Source: an uncultured Gemmatimonadaceae bacterium
Lineage (GTDB): Bacteria; Gemmatimonadota; Gemmatimonadetes; Gemmatimonadales; Gemmatimonadaceae
Length of the DNA stretch: 64,000 bases
Reading direction: 5' to 3'
NCBI GenBank assembly: GCA_963781585.1
Contig: CAWAGQ010000004.1
Span: 288,001-352,000 of the forward strand
The first letter of the stretch is position 1, and each line of letters starts with the position of its first letter. Made by a program: the position numbers and the translations under genes. The notes under the pieces were generated by a model. It did not search any database. It was not told the DNA's origin and was given only the letters and a program-made list of their open reading frames with translations. Of this stretch, positions 1-10,881 are shown in pieces.

Positions 1-636
1 GGCCCGCCTGCCCGCGGCGAAGCCGCCGCGCCGTTCACGGTCAGTGGCGACTTCACGGATGCCTTTCGCGAAGGCAATGACCAGCTCAAGGGCGGCCGCG
101 TAGATGAAGCCATCGCGAGTCTCCGGCGGGCGAAGCAGATGATCCCGGAGTACGCGGACGAGAACGGACCCTACGGGCTGCTGGCGCGCGCGTTCCTCGG
201 CCGCGGCGACGAGAAGAGCGCGGCCCGGGAGCTCACCGAGCTCACCGCGATCAATGAAGAAGCCTACCAGTCCAACGTGAAACTGGCCGACCTGCTCGAA
301 GGGCAAGGCGACCTGCGTGGCGCCGCGGCCGCGCTGGACCGGACGGTCTGGATCAACCCGTTCGACCCCGCGATTCATCAGCGGCTGGCGACGCTGGCCG
401 AGCGGATCCCGGACCGCACCCTCGTGGTGCGGGAGCGGCGCGCGATTCTTGCTCTGGATCCGGTCGACCGGGTCGACGCGCTGTATCAGCTCGCCTTGGC
501 GTATTCAGAGGCCGGCGACACGGCATCGGCGCGCCGCGAGGTGCTGCGAGCGCTCGAGCTGGCCCCCAATTTCGAGAAGGCGCAGCAACTCCTGCTCAAG
601 TTGCAGGGTACCGGCGGAAACGGAGGGACGCGATGA
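1..636 (+). CDS. Tetratricopeptide-repeat protein, 5'-truncated by the window edge
   Basis: Frame 1 is open from base 1 to TGA at 634-636. TPR-like helical repeats (e.g. VDALYQLALAYSEAGDTASARREVLRALELAPNF). Stop overlaps the next ATG (ATGA). Confidence 0.85.
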   Translation, partial: GPPARGEAAAPFTVSGDFTDAFREGNDQLKGGRVDEAIASLRRAKQMIPEYADENGPYGLLARAFLGRGDEKSAARELTELTAINEEAYQSNVKLADLLEGQGDLRGAAAALDRTVWINPFDPAIHQRLATLAERIPDRTLVVRERRAILALDPVDRVDALYQLALAYSEAGDTASARREVLRALELAPNFEKAQQLLLKLQGTGGNGGTR

Positions 637-1436
637 GGAAACGCGTGGTCGGCACCGTGGCGGCCGGTGCGGTGGTGGCCGCCGTGTCGGCGTTCTCGTC
701 GTCCCGGCCGGCGGACGCACGCTACTGCTTTGTGCAGCGGGACGACGTGTCGGCGATCGAGAACGGACCGTACGACGGGCGATTCACGTTCTTCCGCGTG
801 CGATTCGATCCGCTCTCCGGCGGACAGCGATACGGGCGGCGCTTCGACAAGAAATGGGACCACGACACCCCCCGCGCCGAGCGCCACTTCATGAAGATCC
901 TCGAGGAGATCACGTCCCTCCGTCCCCAGATGGATTGTGGAGCCATCTACGCCTTCGGCGATTCCGAGAGTTACAGGTATCCACTGGCCTACGTGTCCGA
1001 ACCCGGGTTCTGGACGATGAACGAACAGGAGTTGCAGGGAATTCGCGACTACGTGCACAAGGGCGGGTTCATCATCTTCGATGACTTCCAGGGCCCGCAT
1101 TGGAGCAACTTCGAGTTCATGTGGCGGCAGGCCTTCCCCGACCTGGACATTGTGCGGCTCGACGCGACGCATCCGATCTACGACGCGTTCTATCATATCG
1201 GAACGCTCGAGGGGTTCCGCGCTCCGCCCAACAGCAACTATGGGCCGGTGGCGTCGGAATTCTACGGTGCCTACGAGGAGAACGATCCGAAAAAGCGGCT
1301 CGTCATGGTGGCCAACTACAACAACGATCTGGGTGACTATATGGAGTGGTCGGATCAGGGTTGGCTCCCGATCGCGCTGTCGAACGAAGCGTACAAGCTG
1401 ATGGTGAACTACGTTGTGTACTCCATGACGCACTGA
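633..1436 (+). CDS. DUF4159 family protein (exported), paralog 1
   Basis: Hydrophobic N-terminal signal. Motifs FTFFRVRF, YPLAYVSEPGFW, GGFIIFDDF, HPIY, NNDLGDYMEW and a terminal NYVVYSMTH are typical of DUF4159 proteins next to MoxR. Confidence 0.8.
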   Translation: MRKRVVGTVAAGAVVAAVSAFSSSRPADARYCFVQRDDVSAIENGPYDGRFTFFRVRFDPLSGGQRYGRRFDKKWDHDTPRAERHFMKILEEITSLRPQMDCGAIYAFGDSESYRYPLAYVSEPGFWTMNEQELQGIRDYVHKGGFIIFDDFQGPHWSNFEFMWRQAFPDLDIVRLDATHPIYDAFYHIGTLEGFRAPPNSNYGPVASEFYGAYEENDPKKRLVMVANYNNDLGDYMEWSDQGWLPIALSNEAYKLMVNYVVYSMTH

Positions 1437-1467
1437 CGTTAAGCCCGACCTGACTCACGGCGGATTC

Positions 1468-2310
1468 ATGCGGAGACGTCGCTCCTTTCATCCCTCGCTC
1501 CCGCCTGCACGGCGCATCCTGTCGGCGGTAGCCGTGCTGGCGTGCCTGGCCGCGGCAGCCCGGGCACAGCGTTTCAGGTTCGGCGGGTCGCCCGTGGAGC
1601 CGGAGGTGCACAACGTACCGTATGATGGCCGATTCACCTTCGCGCGGCTGAAGTTCACCACCGGCGCCGGGGGCTACTACTACCGCGGGCTGCCGGCGTG
1701 GGCGCACGGCTACGGCTATGGCACGCCCGGCGATGTGGAGGTCGCCGGCCGGAACCTGGTGAGCATCCTGCAGGAACTCACCACCGTCGGGCCGCGCCTG
1801 AACGGCAACAACGTCTTCGCCGTGGACGACCCCGAGTTGTGCAAGTACCCGGTCGCGTACCTGGCAGAAGCCGACTACTGGGTGATGTCGGACGCGGAGG
1901 CCGTCTCCCTTCGAGCGTATCTGCAGAAGGGCGGATTCCTCATCTTCGACGACTTCCGTGATGATGGGCGCGACGGCTTCCAGGGGTGGGCGAACTTCGA
2001 GGCGAACATGCGTCGTGTGATTCCCGACGGGCGCTTCATCGACCTCGACCCGTCGTCGCCGATCTTCCATGCGTTCTACGATATCGACTCCTTCGACATC
2101 ATCCCGCAGTACTACGATGCCGGGAAACCCGTCCTGCGCGGCCTGTTCGAGGACAACGATCCGAACAAGCGCATGATCGCGATGATCAACTTCAACACCG
2201 ACGTGTCGAATTTCTGGGAATACTCGGGCGAAGGGTTCCTGCCGATCGAGCTCTCGAACGAGGCGTACAAGCTGGGCGTGAACTACATCGTGTACGGACT
2301 GACTCACTGA
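1468..2310 (+). CDS. DUF4159 family protein (exported), paralog 2
   Basis: Same motif set as paralog 1 (PYDGRFTFARL, GGFLIFDDF, LSNEAYKLGVNYIVYGLTH). Signal peptide ending ARA-Q. Confidence 0.8.
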   Translation: MRRRRSFHPSLPPARRILSAVAVLACLAAAARAQRFRFGGSPVEPEVHNVPYDGRFTFARLKFTTGAGGYYYRGLPAWAHGYGYGTPGDVEVAGRNLVSILQELTTVGPRLNGNNVFAVDDPELCKYPVAYLAEADYWVMSDAEAVSLRAYLQKGGFLIFDDFRDDGRDGFQGWANFEANMRRVIPDGRFIDLDPSSPIFHAFYDIDSFDIIPQYYDAGKPVLRGLFEDNDPNKRMIAMINFNTDVSNFWEYSGEGFLPIELSNEAYKLGVNYIVYGLTH

Positions 2311-2322
2311 GTGGGGAGGAGC

Positions 2323-3360
2323 GTGGCTACCAACCTTCAGGAACAGGTGGCGCTCGAGGCGCCGGACGACATCTCGCTGGCCGATCGGCTCCGGACTGGT
2401 CGCGACCAGATCATCAGCGAGTTGAAGAAGCTCATCGTCGGGCAGGAGTCGGTGATCGAGCAGTCCCTGATCGGGCTGTTCGCCGGCGGGAACTGCCTTA
2501 TCGTCGGCGTCCCGGGACTCGCGAAAACGCTCCTTATCCACACCATCGCACAGGTGCTGGATCTCAAGTTCGCGCGCATCCAGTTCACCCCCGACCTGAT
2601 GCCGTCGGACATCACCGGCACCGACATCATTCAGGAGGACGCCCAGACCGGACGCCGCTCCATGACGTTCGTCCCGGGGCCGATCTTCGCGAATATCGTG
2701 CTCGCCGACGAGATCAATCGGACGCCGCCCAAGACCCAGTCCGCGCTGCTGGAAGCCATGCAGGAACATCGGGTGACGGTCCAGGGTCGCACCTACACGC
2801 TCGAGGAACCGTTCTTCGTATTCGCCACCCAGAACCCGATCGAACTGGAAGGCACGTATCCGCTGCCCGAGGCCCAGCTCGACCGGTTCATGTTCCAGAT
2901 CATCATCGATTACTTGCCGGAAGACGAAGAGCTCGATGTCGTGCGGTCGACGACCGCCATCCAGAACTACCGCTTCCAGCACGCTGTCACCGGGGCGGAC
3001 ATCGTGGCGTTTCAGCAACTGGTCCGGCGCGTGCCGATCGCGGAACCGGTTGCCCGCTACGCGGTCCACATTGCCCGGGCCAGCCGCCCGGTGTCTCCCA
3101 CCGCACCCGATTTCATCCGGAAGTGGGTGGCGTACGGTGCCTCGGTGCGGGCGGCGCAGTACCTCGTGCTGGGCGGCAAGGCGCGCGCCCTGATGCACGG
3201 TCGCTATCACGTGAGTTTCGACGATATCCGCGCCTTGGCGCATCCCGTCCTCCGCCATCGACTGCTCACCAACTTCCATGCGCAGTCGGAACGTGTCTCG
3301 ACCGACCAGATCGTTGACCAGCTGCTCGAGGCCGTGCCGACTCCGAAGTCGGGCCTCTGA
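2323..3360 (+). CDS. moxR: MoxR family AAA+ ATPase
   Basis: Walker A GVPGLAKT, RIQFTPDLMPSDITG, Walker B LADEINRTPPKTQSALLEAMQE, ATQNPIELEGTYPLPEAQLDRF. GGAGGA lies just before the GTG at 2323. Confidence 0.95.
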   Translation: MATNLQEQVALEAPDDISLADRLRTGRDQIISELKKLIVGQESVIEQSLIGLFAGGNCLIVGVPGLAKTLLIHTIAQVLDLKFARIQFTPDLMPSDITGTDIIQEDAQTGRRSMTFVPGPIFANIVLADEINRTPPKTQSALLEAMQEHRVTVQGRTYTLEEPFFVFATQNPIELEGTYPLPEAQLDRFMFQIIIDYLPEDEELDVVRSTTAIQNYRFQHAVTGADIVAFQQLVRRVPIAEPVARYAVHIARASRPVSPTAPDFIRKWVAYGASVRAAQYLVLGGKARALMHGRYHVSFDDIRALAHPVLRHRLLTNFHAQSERVSTDQIVDQLLEAVPTPKSGL

Positions 3361-3395
3361 GTCCGCACCTCACCGCGCGATCCCGCAAGATCCAG

Positions 3396-4358
3396 ATGGC
3401 AGACGACGCCGGCCGCTCCAGCGACTACGCACGCACCGTCGACGCGCACCGCGACGAGATCGGTGTGCCCGGCACGCGGTTCGTCGATCCCCGCGTGCTG
3501 GCGCGCATCGGTAACCTCGAACTGGTGGCACGCGTGGTCGTGGAGGGATTCATCTCGGGACTCCATCGGTCGCCGCACCTCGGCTTCTCCACCGATTTCG
3601 CGGAGCATCGGCCGTACATGCCCGGCGACGACATTCGCCACATGGACTGGAAGCTGTTCGCCCGGACCGATCGCTTCTACCTGAAGGAGTTCGAGGCCGA
3701 TACCAACACGAATTTCCTGATCATCATGGACGTGTCGCGCTCGATGGGCTACGGCACCACCGGGCTCACCAAGCTGGAATACGCGAAGTACGTGGCAGCC
3801 TGTCTGGCGTACTTTTCCCACCACCAGCGCGACCGCGTGGGGTTCGCGTCGATCGATCGCGACATCGTCGAGTACGTGCCACCGTCGGCCAAGCACTTCT
3901 ATCAGGTGCTCCACGCCATCGACCGTGCCGAGGTGCGGGGCGAAGGCGCCATCGGGCTCCCCCTCCACAAGATCTCCGAGAGTCAGCGGCGGCGGAGCAT
4001 GCTGGTGCTGCTCTCGGATCTCTACGAGTCACCGGAGAAGATCCGCGATGCGGTCGGTCCGCTGCGCGACGCCGGCCACGATGTCGTCGTGATGCACGTT
4101 CTCGATCCGGCCGAACTCAACTTCCCATTCGATTCGGCGGCCACCTTCGAGGACCTGGAGAGCCGGGAACGCCTGCCGGTGGTCCCGGCACGGCTCCGGA
4201 GCCGGTACACCGAACTGGTGCGCGAGCACCTCGAGACGCTCGAACGCCTGCTCGGTGAGGGACGCGTCGACTACGTGCTGGTCGATTCGTCCAAGCCGGT
4301 GGACGCTCTGCTGTTCGAATACCTCGTCAGGCGCGAGCGGCTGCGCACGGTGCGCTGA
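3396..4358 (+). CDS. DUF58 family protein (vWA-like, MoxR-associated)
   Basis: GLHRSPHLGFSTDFAEHRPYMPGDDIRHMDWK, MIDAS-like DVSRSM, DRVG. Position directly after moxR. Confidence 0.92.
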   Translation: MADDAGRSSDYARTVDAHRDEIGVPGTRFVDPRVLARIGNLELVARVVVEGFISGLHRSPHLGFSTDFAEHRPYMPGDDIRHMDWKLFARTDRFYLKEFEADTNTNFLIIMDVSRSMGYGTTGLTKLEYAKYVAACLAYFSHHQRDRVGFASIDRDIVEYVPPSAKHFYQVLHAIDRAEVRGEGAIGLPLHKISESQRRRSMLVLLSDLYESPEKIRDAVGPLRDAGHDVVVMHVLDPAELNFPFDSAATFEDLESRERLPVVPARLRSRYTELVREHLETLERLLGEGRVDYVLVDSSKPVDALLFEYLVRRERLRTVR

Positions 4359-6454
4359 TGGGTTTCTCGTTCCTCACCCCGCTGTTCGCGATCGGCGCCG
4401 CCGCCATCGCCGTGCCCATCCTTGTGCACCTGGTGCACAAGGAGCGCAAGGAAGCCACGCCCTTTCCCTCGCTGATGTTCCTGCGGCGCACGCCGTATCA
4501 GCACTCGCGGCGCCAGCGCATCCGCGACTGGTGGCTGTTTGCCCTGCGTGCGCTCGCCGTCCTGCTGCTGGTGGCGGCCTTCTCCCGCCCGGTTTTCAGT
4601 CGCGTCTCGGCCGCCGCGCCGACGCAGGCCGGCGGCCGGGAGGTCGTGCTGCTGGTGGATCAGTCGCTCAGCATGCGCTACCCCGACAGATGGACCCGGG
4701 CCACCGATGCCGCGCACCGGGTGATCGACGGCCTCGGCGTGCGTGACCGGGCCACCATCATCCTGTTCGACGACGCCGCGCATGCCGTCAACGAAGCCAC
4801 GGGAGACCATGCCGTGCTCCGCGCGGCCATCGACTCGGCGCGTCCCACCGACGGGTCCACCCGATACGCGCCGGCGCTGACGCTCGCCAGGCGCATCGTG
4901 GCCGGGTCGCGGCTGCCGAAACGCGAGGTGATGGTCGTCAGCGACTTCCAGCGCTCGGGATGGGACCTGACCGAAGAGGCACGTCTCCCCACGGGCACCG
5001 AAATCGAGACCACCGATGTGGCCCAGGGTGAAGTGCACGACCGCGCCGTGCGGTCCGTGGAGCTCCGGCGGGAAACGTCGGGACGCACCGAACGCATTGC
5101 GGTCAGCGTCCGCGTCTCCAATGCCGGACCGGCGGCGCACGGTGTCGAGGCTCGGCTGGAGGTCGGAGGTCGCACCGTACAGACCTCGCGGTTCGATGTG
5201 GCCGCCGACGCCGGTGGCCTGGTCACTTTTTCGCCGGTGCCCGTGCCCCAGACCCCGCAGCGCGCTGCGGTGCGTCTTGCCCCGGATGTCCTGAAGGATG
5301 ACGACGGCTTTTCGTTCATCCTCGAACGGGCGCCGAGCGTGGGAGTGCTGGTGGTTCAGCCCGCTCAGGCCCCCGCCGACCGCGTCCTCTACCTCCAGCG
5401 CGCCCTCGAGATCGGCGACCGGCCGTCGTTCGATCTCAGCGTCCGAACTGTGACGCAACTGACGCCAAATGACTTTACGGGGAAGAAGGTCGTGATTCTC
5501 AACGACGCCGGCTTCCCGTCGGGCGAGGCCGCGCGACGCCTCGAACGATTCGTACGTGGTGGCGGAGGGCTCATTGTGGCACTTGGCGAGATGTCCGGGC
5601 CACGGTCCTGGCCGGCGGGTGCCCAGAACCTGTTGCCGGCGCCGGTCACCGATCCGATCGATCGCCTGGGCGAAAGGGGCGCCATTCTCGGGTTCATCGA
5701 CCGCAGCCACCCGGCCCTGGCGTTGTTCAGCGCGTCGCGCAGCGGCGATCTCTCGGCCGCGCGGTTTTTCCGCTACCGGCCCATTCCTACCGACAGTGGT
5801 GTGTTGGCGCGCTTCGATGACGGGTCGGCCGCGCTCGCGGAGCGACAGGTCGGTCGCGGCCGCGTACTCGTGTGGGCGTCATCGTTCGATGCGCTCTGGA
5901 ACGACCTGCCAAGGCAGCCGGTGTTTCTGCCCTTCGTGCACCAGCTGGTTCAGTACGGCGCCGGCTACCGGGCGCAGCGCAGTGGTTACGAAGTGGGCGA
6001 TGCGGTGGATCTTTCAGTCGCCGGTTCGGACGCCGCCGTGACGGATACCAGTGTCCACGCCATCCTGAACGAGGCCTTCGTGGCCGTCGCACCGTCAGGT
6101 GCCCGCCTCCGCATCGGAGGCGAAGGGAACCCGAGCGCGCTGCTTCCGCGCGAGGCTGGCATCTATGAGGTGCGACGCGAGGGAGCGCCGGGCGAGTTGC
6201 CGCGCCTCGTCGCGGTCAACCTGGCCTCCCGGGAACTGGAGTTTGCCCGGTTCGACCCGACGCGCCTAACGAACGCGGTCGCGCCGGCACCGGGGGCGAC
6301 AACGAGCGCGGCCCAGACTACCGCCCCAGACCCTGCCGCCCGCGAACGCCAACAGTCGCTTTGGTGGTATCTTTTGCTTATCGTCACCTGTCTGCTCGTT
6401 GGCGAGTCCATACTCGCCGACCGCATTTCACGCCGCCGGCCGGCCGTCAGTTAG
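4358..6454 (+). CDS. BatA N-terminal / von Willebrand factor A domain membrane protein
   Basis: BatA-type N-terminus (FLTP...VPILVHL...FPSLMFL...LRALA...AFSRP), MIDAS DQSLSM, SDFQ, and a C-terminal TM helix LWWYLLLIVTCLLVGE. Confidence 0.88.
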   Translation: MGFSFLTPLFAIGAAAIAVPILVHLVHKERKEATPFPSLMFLRRTPYQHSRRQRIRDWWLFALRALAVLLLVAAFSRPVFSRVSAAAPTQAGGREVVLLVDQSLSMRYPDRWTRATDAAHRVIDGLGVRDRATIILFDDAAHAVNEATGDHAVLRAAIDSARPTDGSTRYAPALTLARRIVAGSRLPKREVMVVSDFQRSGWDLTEEARLPTGTEIETTDVAQGEVHDRAVRSVELRRETSGRTERIAVSVRVSNAGPAAHGVEARLEVGGRTVQTSRFDVAADAGGLVTFSPVPVPQTPQRAAVRLAPDVLKDDDGFSFILERAPSVGVLVVQPAQAPADRVLYLQRALEIGDRPSFDLSVRTVTQLTPNDFTGKKVVILNDAGFPSGEAARRLERFVRGGGGLIVALGEMSGPRSWPAGAQNLLPAPVTDPIDRLGERGAILGFIDRSHPALALFSASRSGDLSAARFFRYRPIPTDSGVLARFDDGSAALAERQVGRGRVLVWASSFDALWNDLPRQPVFLPFVHQLVQYGAGYRAQRSGYEVGDAVDLSVAGSDAAVTDTSVHAILNEAFVAVAPSGARLRIGGEGNPSALLPREAGIYEVRREGAPGELPRLVAVNLASRELEFARFDPTRLTNAVAPAPGATTSAAQTTAPDPAARERQQSLWWYLLLIVTCLLVGESILADRISRRRPAVS

Positions 6455-6465
6455 GAGCAGCGACC

Positions 6466-9400
6466 ATGGCGAGTTACGTCGAACGCACCGTTGCGACCGA
6501 TCGCGTCGCTCACGTCGTCCAGCTCCTTCGCCGACGCTGGCGGCTCCGCCATGCCCTGGTGGGCTTGAGCTTCGTGGCGGGCATTTCCATTGCCGCCCTG
6601 TTCATTGCGGCCATGATCATGCAGCGCGCGGGATTCAGCGTCGGCAGCATCACCGGCGCGCGCGTTGTCGTAGCCATGATCGTGCTGGCCGTCGGACTTC
6701 GCTGGGTCGCCTTCCCCCTGCTGCGTCGGGTGCCCGACAAACGCGTGGCGCTGTACGCGGAAGAGAGGTTGCCCGCGTTGGATGGCGCGCTCATCAGCGC
6801 GGTGGAGGCGGGTGCCCCTGAGGCCCCCGAAGAGCTACGTACCGGCGGACTGCTGGCTGGTCTGATACAGGACGCGATCCGACGCCTTCGCCCCCATCGC
6901 GACGGCGCGACAGTGGAAGAGGATGCAATCCGACGGGCGGGCTTTGCCTTTTCCGGCATCGTGGCAATTGGCGTTGCCCTGTTCGTCCTGGGACCGGCCT
7001 ATGTCCGCCATGGCGTTTCCCTCATCGCCACGCCGTGGCGCAGTGCCGCAGCGGGCGCGCCGTATGCCATCGCCGTGGCTCCCGGGAATGCCAACGTCCC
7101 GAAGGGCGCCGATCAGCAGATCTCGGCCGAGTTGCGTGGCTTCAGCAGCGAGATGGTTGAGCTGGTGACGCGGCGTGGTGCGACCGCGGACTGGGAACGG
7201 ATTCCGATGGGGGCGGCCGGTGACTCGGTGCGCTTCACGGCGCGGCTGTTCGATGTTGCCACCGATGTCGAGTACTTCGTCGAATCCAACGGGGTACGCT
7301 CGGGCGTCTTCCGGCTCACCGTGAAGAACCTGCCGGCGGTGCGGCGCGTGGATCTCGACCTGCGATACCCGACCTATACCGGACTCGCGCCGGAGCACAT
7401 CGACGACAGTGGAGACATCGCCGCGCTCGTTGGTACACGGGTGCGGGTGAGTGTGCGCAGCACCCTCCCCGTACGAGGGGGGGGGCTGGTGGTCGAGGGC
7501 GACGCCGCCTTCCCACTACAGCGCACCGACGACAGCACGCTGGTCGGCGAGCTCGTGGTCAAGCGCGACGGCTTTTATCGCATCGAACTGGAGGCGCCTG
7601 ACGGGACCAAGGTTGCCGGGTCGGTCGATTACGTCATCGACGCCATCGCAGATCAACCGCCCACAGTGCGGATCAGCAAACCGGGACGCGACATCCGGCC
7701 GACCAATGTGGAGGAGGTGTTCGTCGAGGTGCAGGCCACGGATGACTACGGCGTGGGAAAGGTGGAAATGGTCTACTCAGTGAACGGTGGCGAGGAGAAG
7801 TCGCTGGTGCTCAACGACAGCAGCGCGGCTTCTTCGAAGGATGTCGTCGCCGGCCATACGTTCTTTCTGGAGGAGCTATCCCTGCAGGCGGGCGACGTGG
7901 TTTCATACTACGCCCGCGCCCGCGATGCCAATACCGCCAACGCCGGTAAGGCGGCGACGAGCGACATCTACTTCATGACCGTCCGACCGTTCGGTCGAGA
8001 CTATCGTCAGAATCAGCAGGGTGGTGGGGGTGGTGGTGGCGGCGGCGAGAATCCGGGTGCGCTCACGCAGCAACAGCGGAACATCGTCGCGGCCACCTTC
8101 AAGACGGAACGGGATCGTCCAACCACACCGGCCACCGAATTCAAGGAAGATGTCACGACCATCCTTCTCTCGGAGGGGAAGCTGCGTGGGCAGGTGGAGC
8201 AATTGGCCACGCGGATGAATCGACCGGTCGTGCAGCAGGCCGACACGGGATTCCGCGTCATATACCAGTACCTCTCGAAGGCGGCCGAAGAGATGAAGGC
8301 GGCCGAGGAAGATCTCGGCAAGCGGGACACCAAGGAAGCCCTCTCGCCCGAACAGCGGGCGCTCCAGAACCTGGAGCGCGCGGAAGCCGTCTACCGCGAC
8401 GTGCAAGTGAGCATGGGCGGCGGCGGTGGCGGTGGTGGCGGCGGGAGTCAGGCCAACGCAGAGGATCTCGCGAATCTGTTCGAGCTGGAAACGGACAAGC
8501 TCCGGAATCAGTACGAGCAGGTGCAGCGCGATCAGCAGCAGAGTGCCAATGCCGAGGTGGATGCCACGCTTGAACGCCTGAAGCAGCTCGCGGCGCGCCA
8601 GCAGCAGGAGAACGAACGCGCGCGCCAACGAGCGCAGAACATGGCCCAGGGAGGAAGCGGAGGCGGTGGCGGTCAGCGACAGCTGGCCGACGAAACGGAA
8701 AACATGGCGCGTCAGCTGGAACGCCTTGCCCGCGAGCAGCAGTCTCAGGAACTGGCGGAGAGCGCGCGCCGGTTGCAGGAAGCAGCCAACGAGATGCGGC
8801 GTTCGGCCTCCTCGCAGAGTTCGCAGGCTGGCGCATCGGGCGCGTCGGCCCTGGATCGACTCGAGAACGCGCGGCGCCTGCTGGAGGAGGGGCGTACCTC
8901 CGCCCGGACCGCGGGGGTCAAGGATGCGGCGCGTCGCGCCGCGGACCTGGCGCGACAGGAACGCGACGTGGCCGAAGGCGTGAAGGACCTGCCTGCAGCT
9001 GGGGCGAATCGCGCCGAGCGCGAACAGCGGCTCGATCAGCGCAAGGAGCAGATGGCGAACGATGTGCAGCAGCTCCAGAACGATCTCGATCAGATGGGTC
9101 GCGAAACGCGACGAGATCAGCCGGAGACGTCGCGCCAACTTCAGGACGCCGCGGCCCGAATGCGCGACGGCCGTCTGCGCGACCGCATTCAGTACTCGAG
9201 GGGTGTCATGCGGCAGGGTTCTCCCGACTACGTTCGCACGTTCGAGGGACAGATCCAGGAGGACCTCGACTCTCTGAGTGCCCGTCTGGCGCAAGCGGCC
9301 AGCGGCGCCGGCACGAACGCCCAGCGGAACGCCGACGCCACCCTCAACCATGCCCGCGATCTCGTTCGCGGCCTGGCTTCGATCGATGATCGGATGCGCG

Positions 9401-10169
9401 CACGCGAATCAGGCACGGCCGCAGGACGCCAACCTGGGGATCAACGACTCGCGCCTGACACGCTGGCACGCCAAGGCGACAGGGCCAGCAGGGTCAGGGC
9501 CAGCAGGGTCAGGGCCAGCAGGGTCAGGGCCAACAGGGTCAGGGCCAGCAGGGTCAGGGCCAACAGGGTCAGGGCCAACAGGGTCAGGGCCAACAGGGTC
9601 AGGGCCAGCAGGGTCAGGGACAACAGGGTCAGGGCCAGCAGGGTCAGGGGCGGGGTCAAGGACAGGGTCAGGGCCAGCAGGGGGGACAGGCCCAGGGCGG
9701 AGGTGGAGGTGGTCAGCGATCCGGCCAGGGCAGTCCCTCAGCGACCGGGTCGAGGACGGGGCGGCCGGGAACGCCCGGAGGGTCTGGTGGGGGAGTTGCA
9801 GCGGGTCCCTATAGCGCCGAGGACGTTCGCCAGTTCTCGCGGGAGTTGCAGAATCAACGGCAGGCCGCTGAAGCGTTGCGGCGCGACCTGCAGCGCGAGG
9901 GACGCGATGTTTCCGACCTCAACCGCCTCATCGAGGGGTTGCGACAGCTGGAATCGCAGAAAGCCTTCAATGACCCGGAGGGGTTGGAGCACTTGAGGTC
10001 CGCCGTGGTGGAGGGGTTCAAGGAGTTCGAATTCGGCCTGCGCCGGCAACTGGCCGGAGCCGACAAGGACCGACCGGTTCTCGGCGGGAGCGAGGATGTA
10101 CCGCAGGGCTATCGCGACATGGTTAACGAGTACTTCAAGTCGCTCTCGAAGCGTCCGCCCAAGCCGTGA
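6466..10169 (+). CDS. Giant DUF4175-like membrane-anchored coiled-coil protein (about 1234 aa once a single-base frameshift near 9475-9480 is corrected)
   Basis: AGGAG RBS before ATG 6466. Three N-terminal TM segments, an Ig-like region (DQPPTV..ATDDYG), Gln/Glu-rich coiled coil and poly-Gly linkers. From 9480 the natural reading (QGQQG)n...VPQGYRDMVNEYFKSL continues in the frame of ORF 9846-10169. Confidence 0.8.
9480..9644 (+). repeat. 11 tandem copies of a 15-bp unit CAGGG(C/A)CA(G/A)CAGGGT encoding (QGQQG)n
   Basis: Counted directly. Variation between units (CAG/CAA, GGC/GGA) is synonymous only in the QGQQG frame. Confidence 0.95.
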
Positions 10170-10293
10170 GTACGCTGCGCCTTCCTCTGCGGTGTCACCG
10201 CTGCCAGAGGAGGTGTAGCTTGTGGCCGATGGCCACGCTCGCTCACGATTCGGCGGGAAGTGGTCGGGGTTGGTGCTTCACCGAGGAGGATCC

Positions 10294-10830
10294 ATGACCG
10301 CTGCAGCTCAGGACGTGCGGACCCAGCGTCCCACCGGCGACGAGTACGCGCCGTATTTCGACCGCTACATCGCGAAAGTGAACCCTGGCGACGTGGTGCG
10401 GCAGCTCGAGGCACAAAGCTCAGCGACCATCGAGCTCCTCCGGTCCATCCCCGAAGAACGGGGGGGACATCGATATGCGGACGGGAAATGGAGCATCCGG
10501 GAGGTAGTGGGCCACATCTGCGATAGCGAACGGGTGTTCGTCTACCGCGCCATGCGGTTTGCCAGGGGCGATGACACACCGCTGGCCGGCTTTGACGAAA
10601 ACGCGTTCGTTGCGAATTCTCGCCTCGACACCCGTACCCTGGCGAGCCTGATCGCCGAGTTCGACGCCGTGCGCATGGCGTCGGTGGCGTTCTTCGACAG
10701 CCTGGACGCCGGTGAGTGGATGAGGCGTGGGCTGGCGAATGACCGCGAGATGTCAGTGCGCGCTCTCGCCTGGACGACGGCTGGACATGAGCTGCATCAC
10801 CGGGAGATTCTGCGCACGCGGTATCTGTAG
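10294..10830 (+). CDS. DinB family protein
   Basis: GAGGAGG RBS. RYADGKWSIREVVGHICDSERVF and GHELHH metal-binding histidines. Confidence 0.9.
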   Translation: MTAAAQDVRTQRPTGDEYAPYFDRYIAKVNPGDVVRQLEAQSSATIELLRSIPEERGGHRYADGKWSIREVVGHICDSERVFVYRAMRFARGDDTPLAGFDENAFVANSRLDTRTLASLIAEFDAVRMASVAFFDSLDAGEWMRRGLANDREMSVRALAWTTAGHELHHREILRTRYL

Positions 10831-10881
10831 CAGGTGGCGGCGACGCTGGCCGCGCACGTTCGGCGGCCTCAATTTCCTGCG

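Noticed and set aside
1303..3279. Long antisense or alternative-frame ORFs (e.g. 1303-3279, 10888-12903, 20050-22089, 33650-35167, 58055-59473, 62584-63921)
   Set aside because: They overlap well-supported genes and have no recognisable motifs. Such ORFs are expected where stop codons are scarce in high-GC DNA.
8018..8445. G-rich runs as G-quadruplex or contingency loci
   Set aside because: They are mixed GGT/GGC/GGG codons encoding poly-Gly linkers, in frame.
9480..9644. The 15-bp tandem array as a CRISPR, or as the (RVRAS)n, (GSGPA)n or (LTLLA)n proteins in the ORF track
   Set aside because: There are no spacers or cas genes. Unit variation is synonymous only in the QGQQG frame, so the other readings are shadows.
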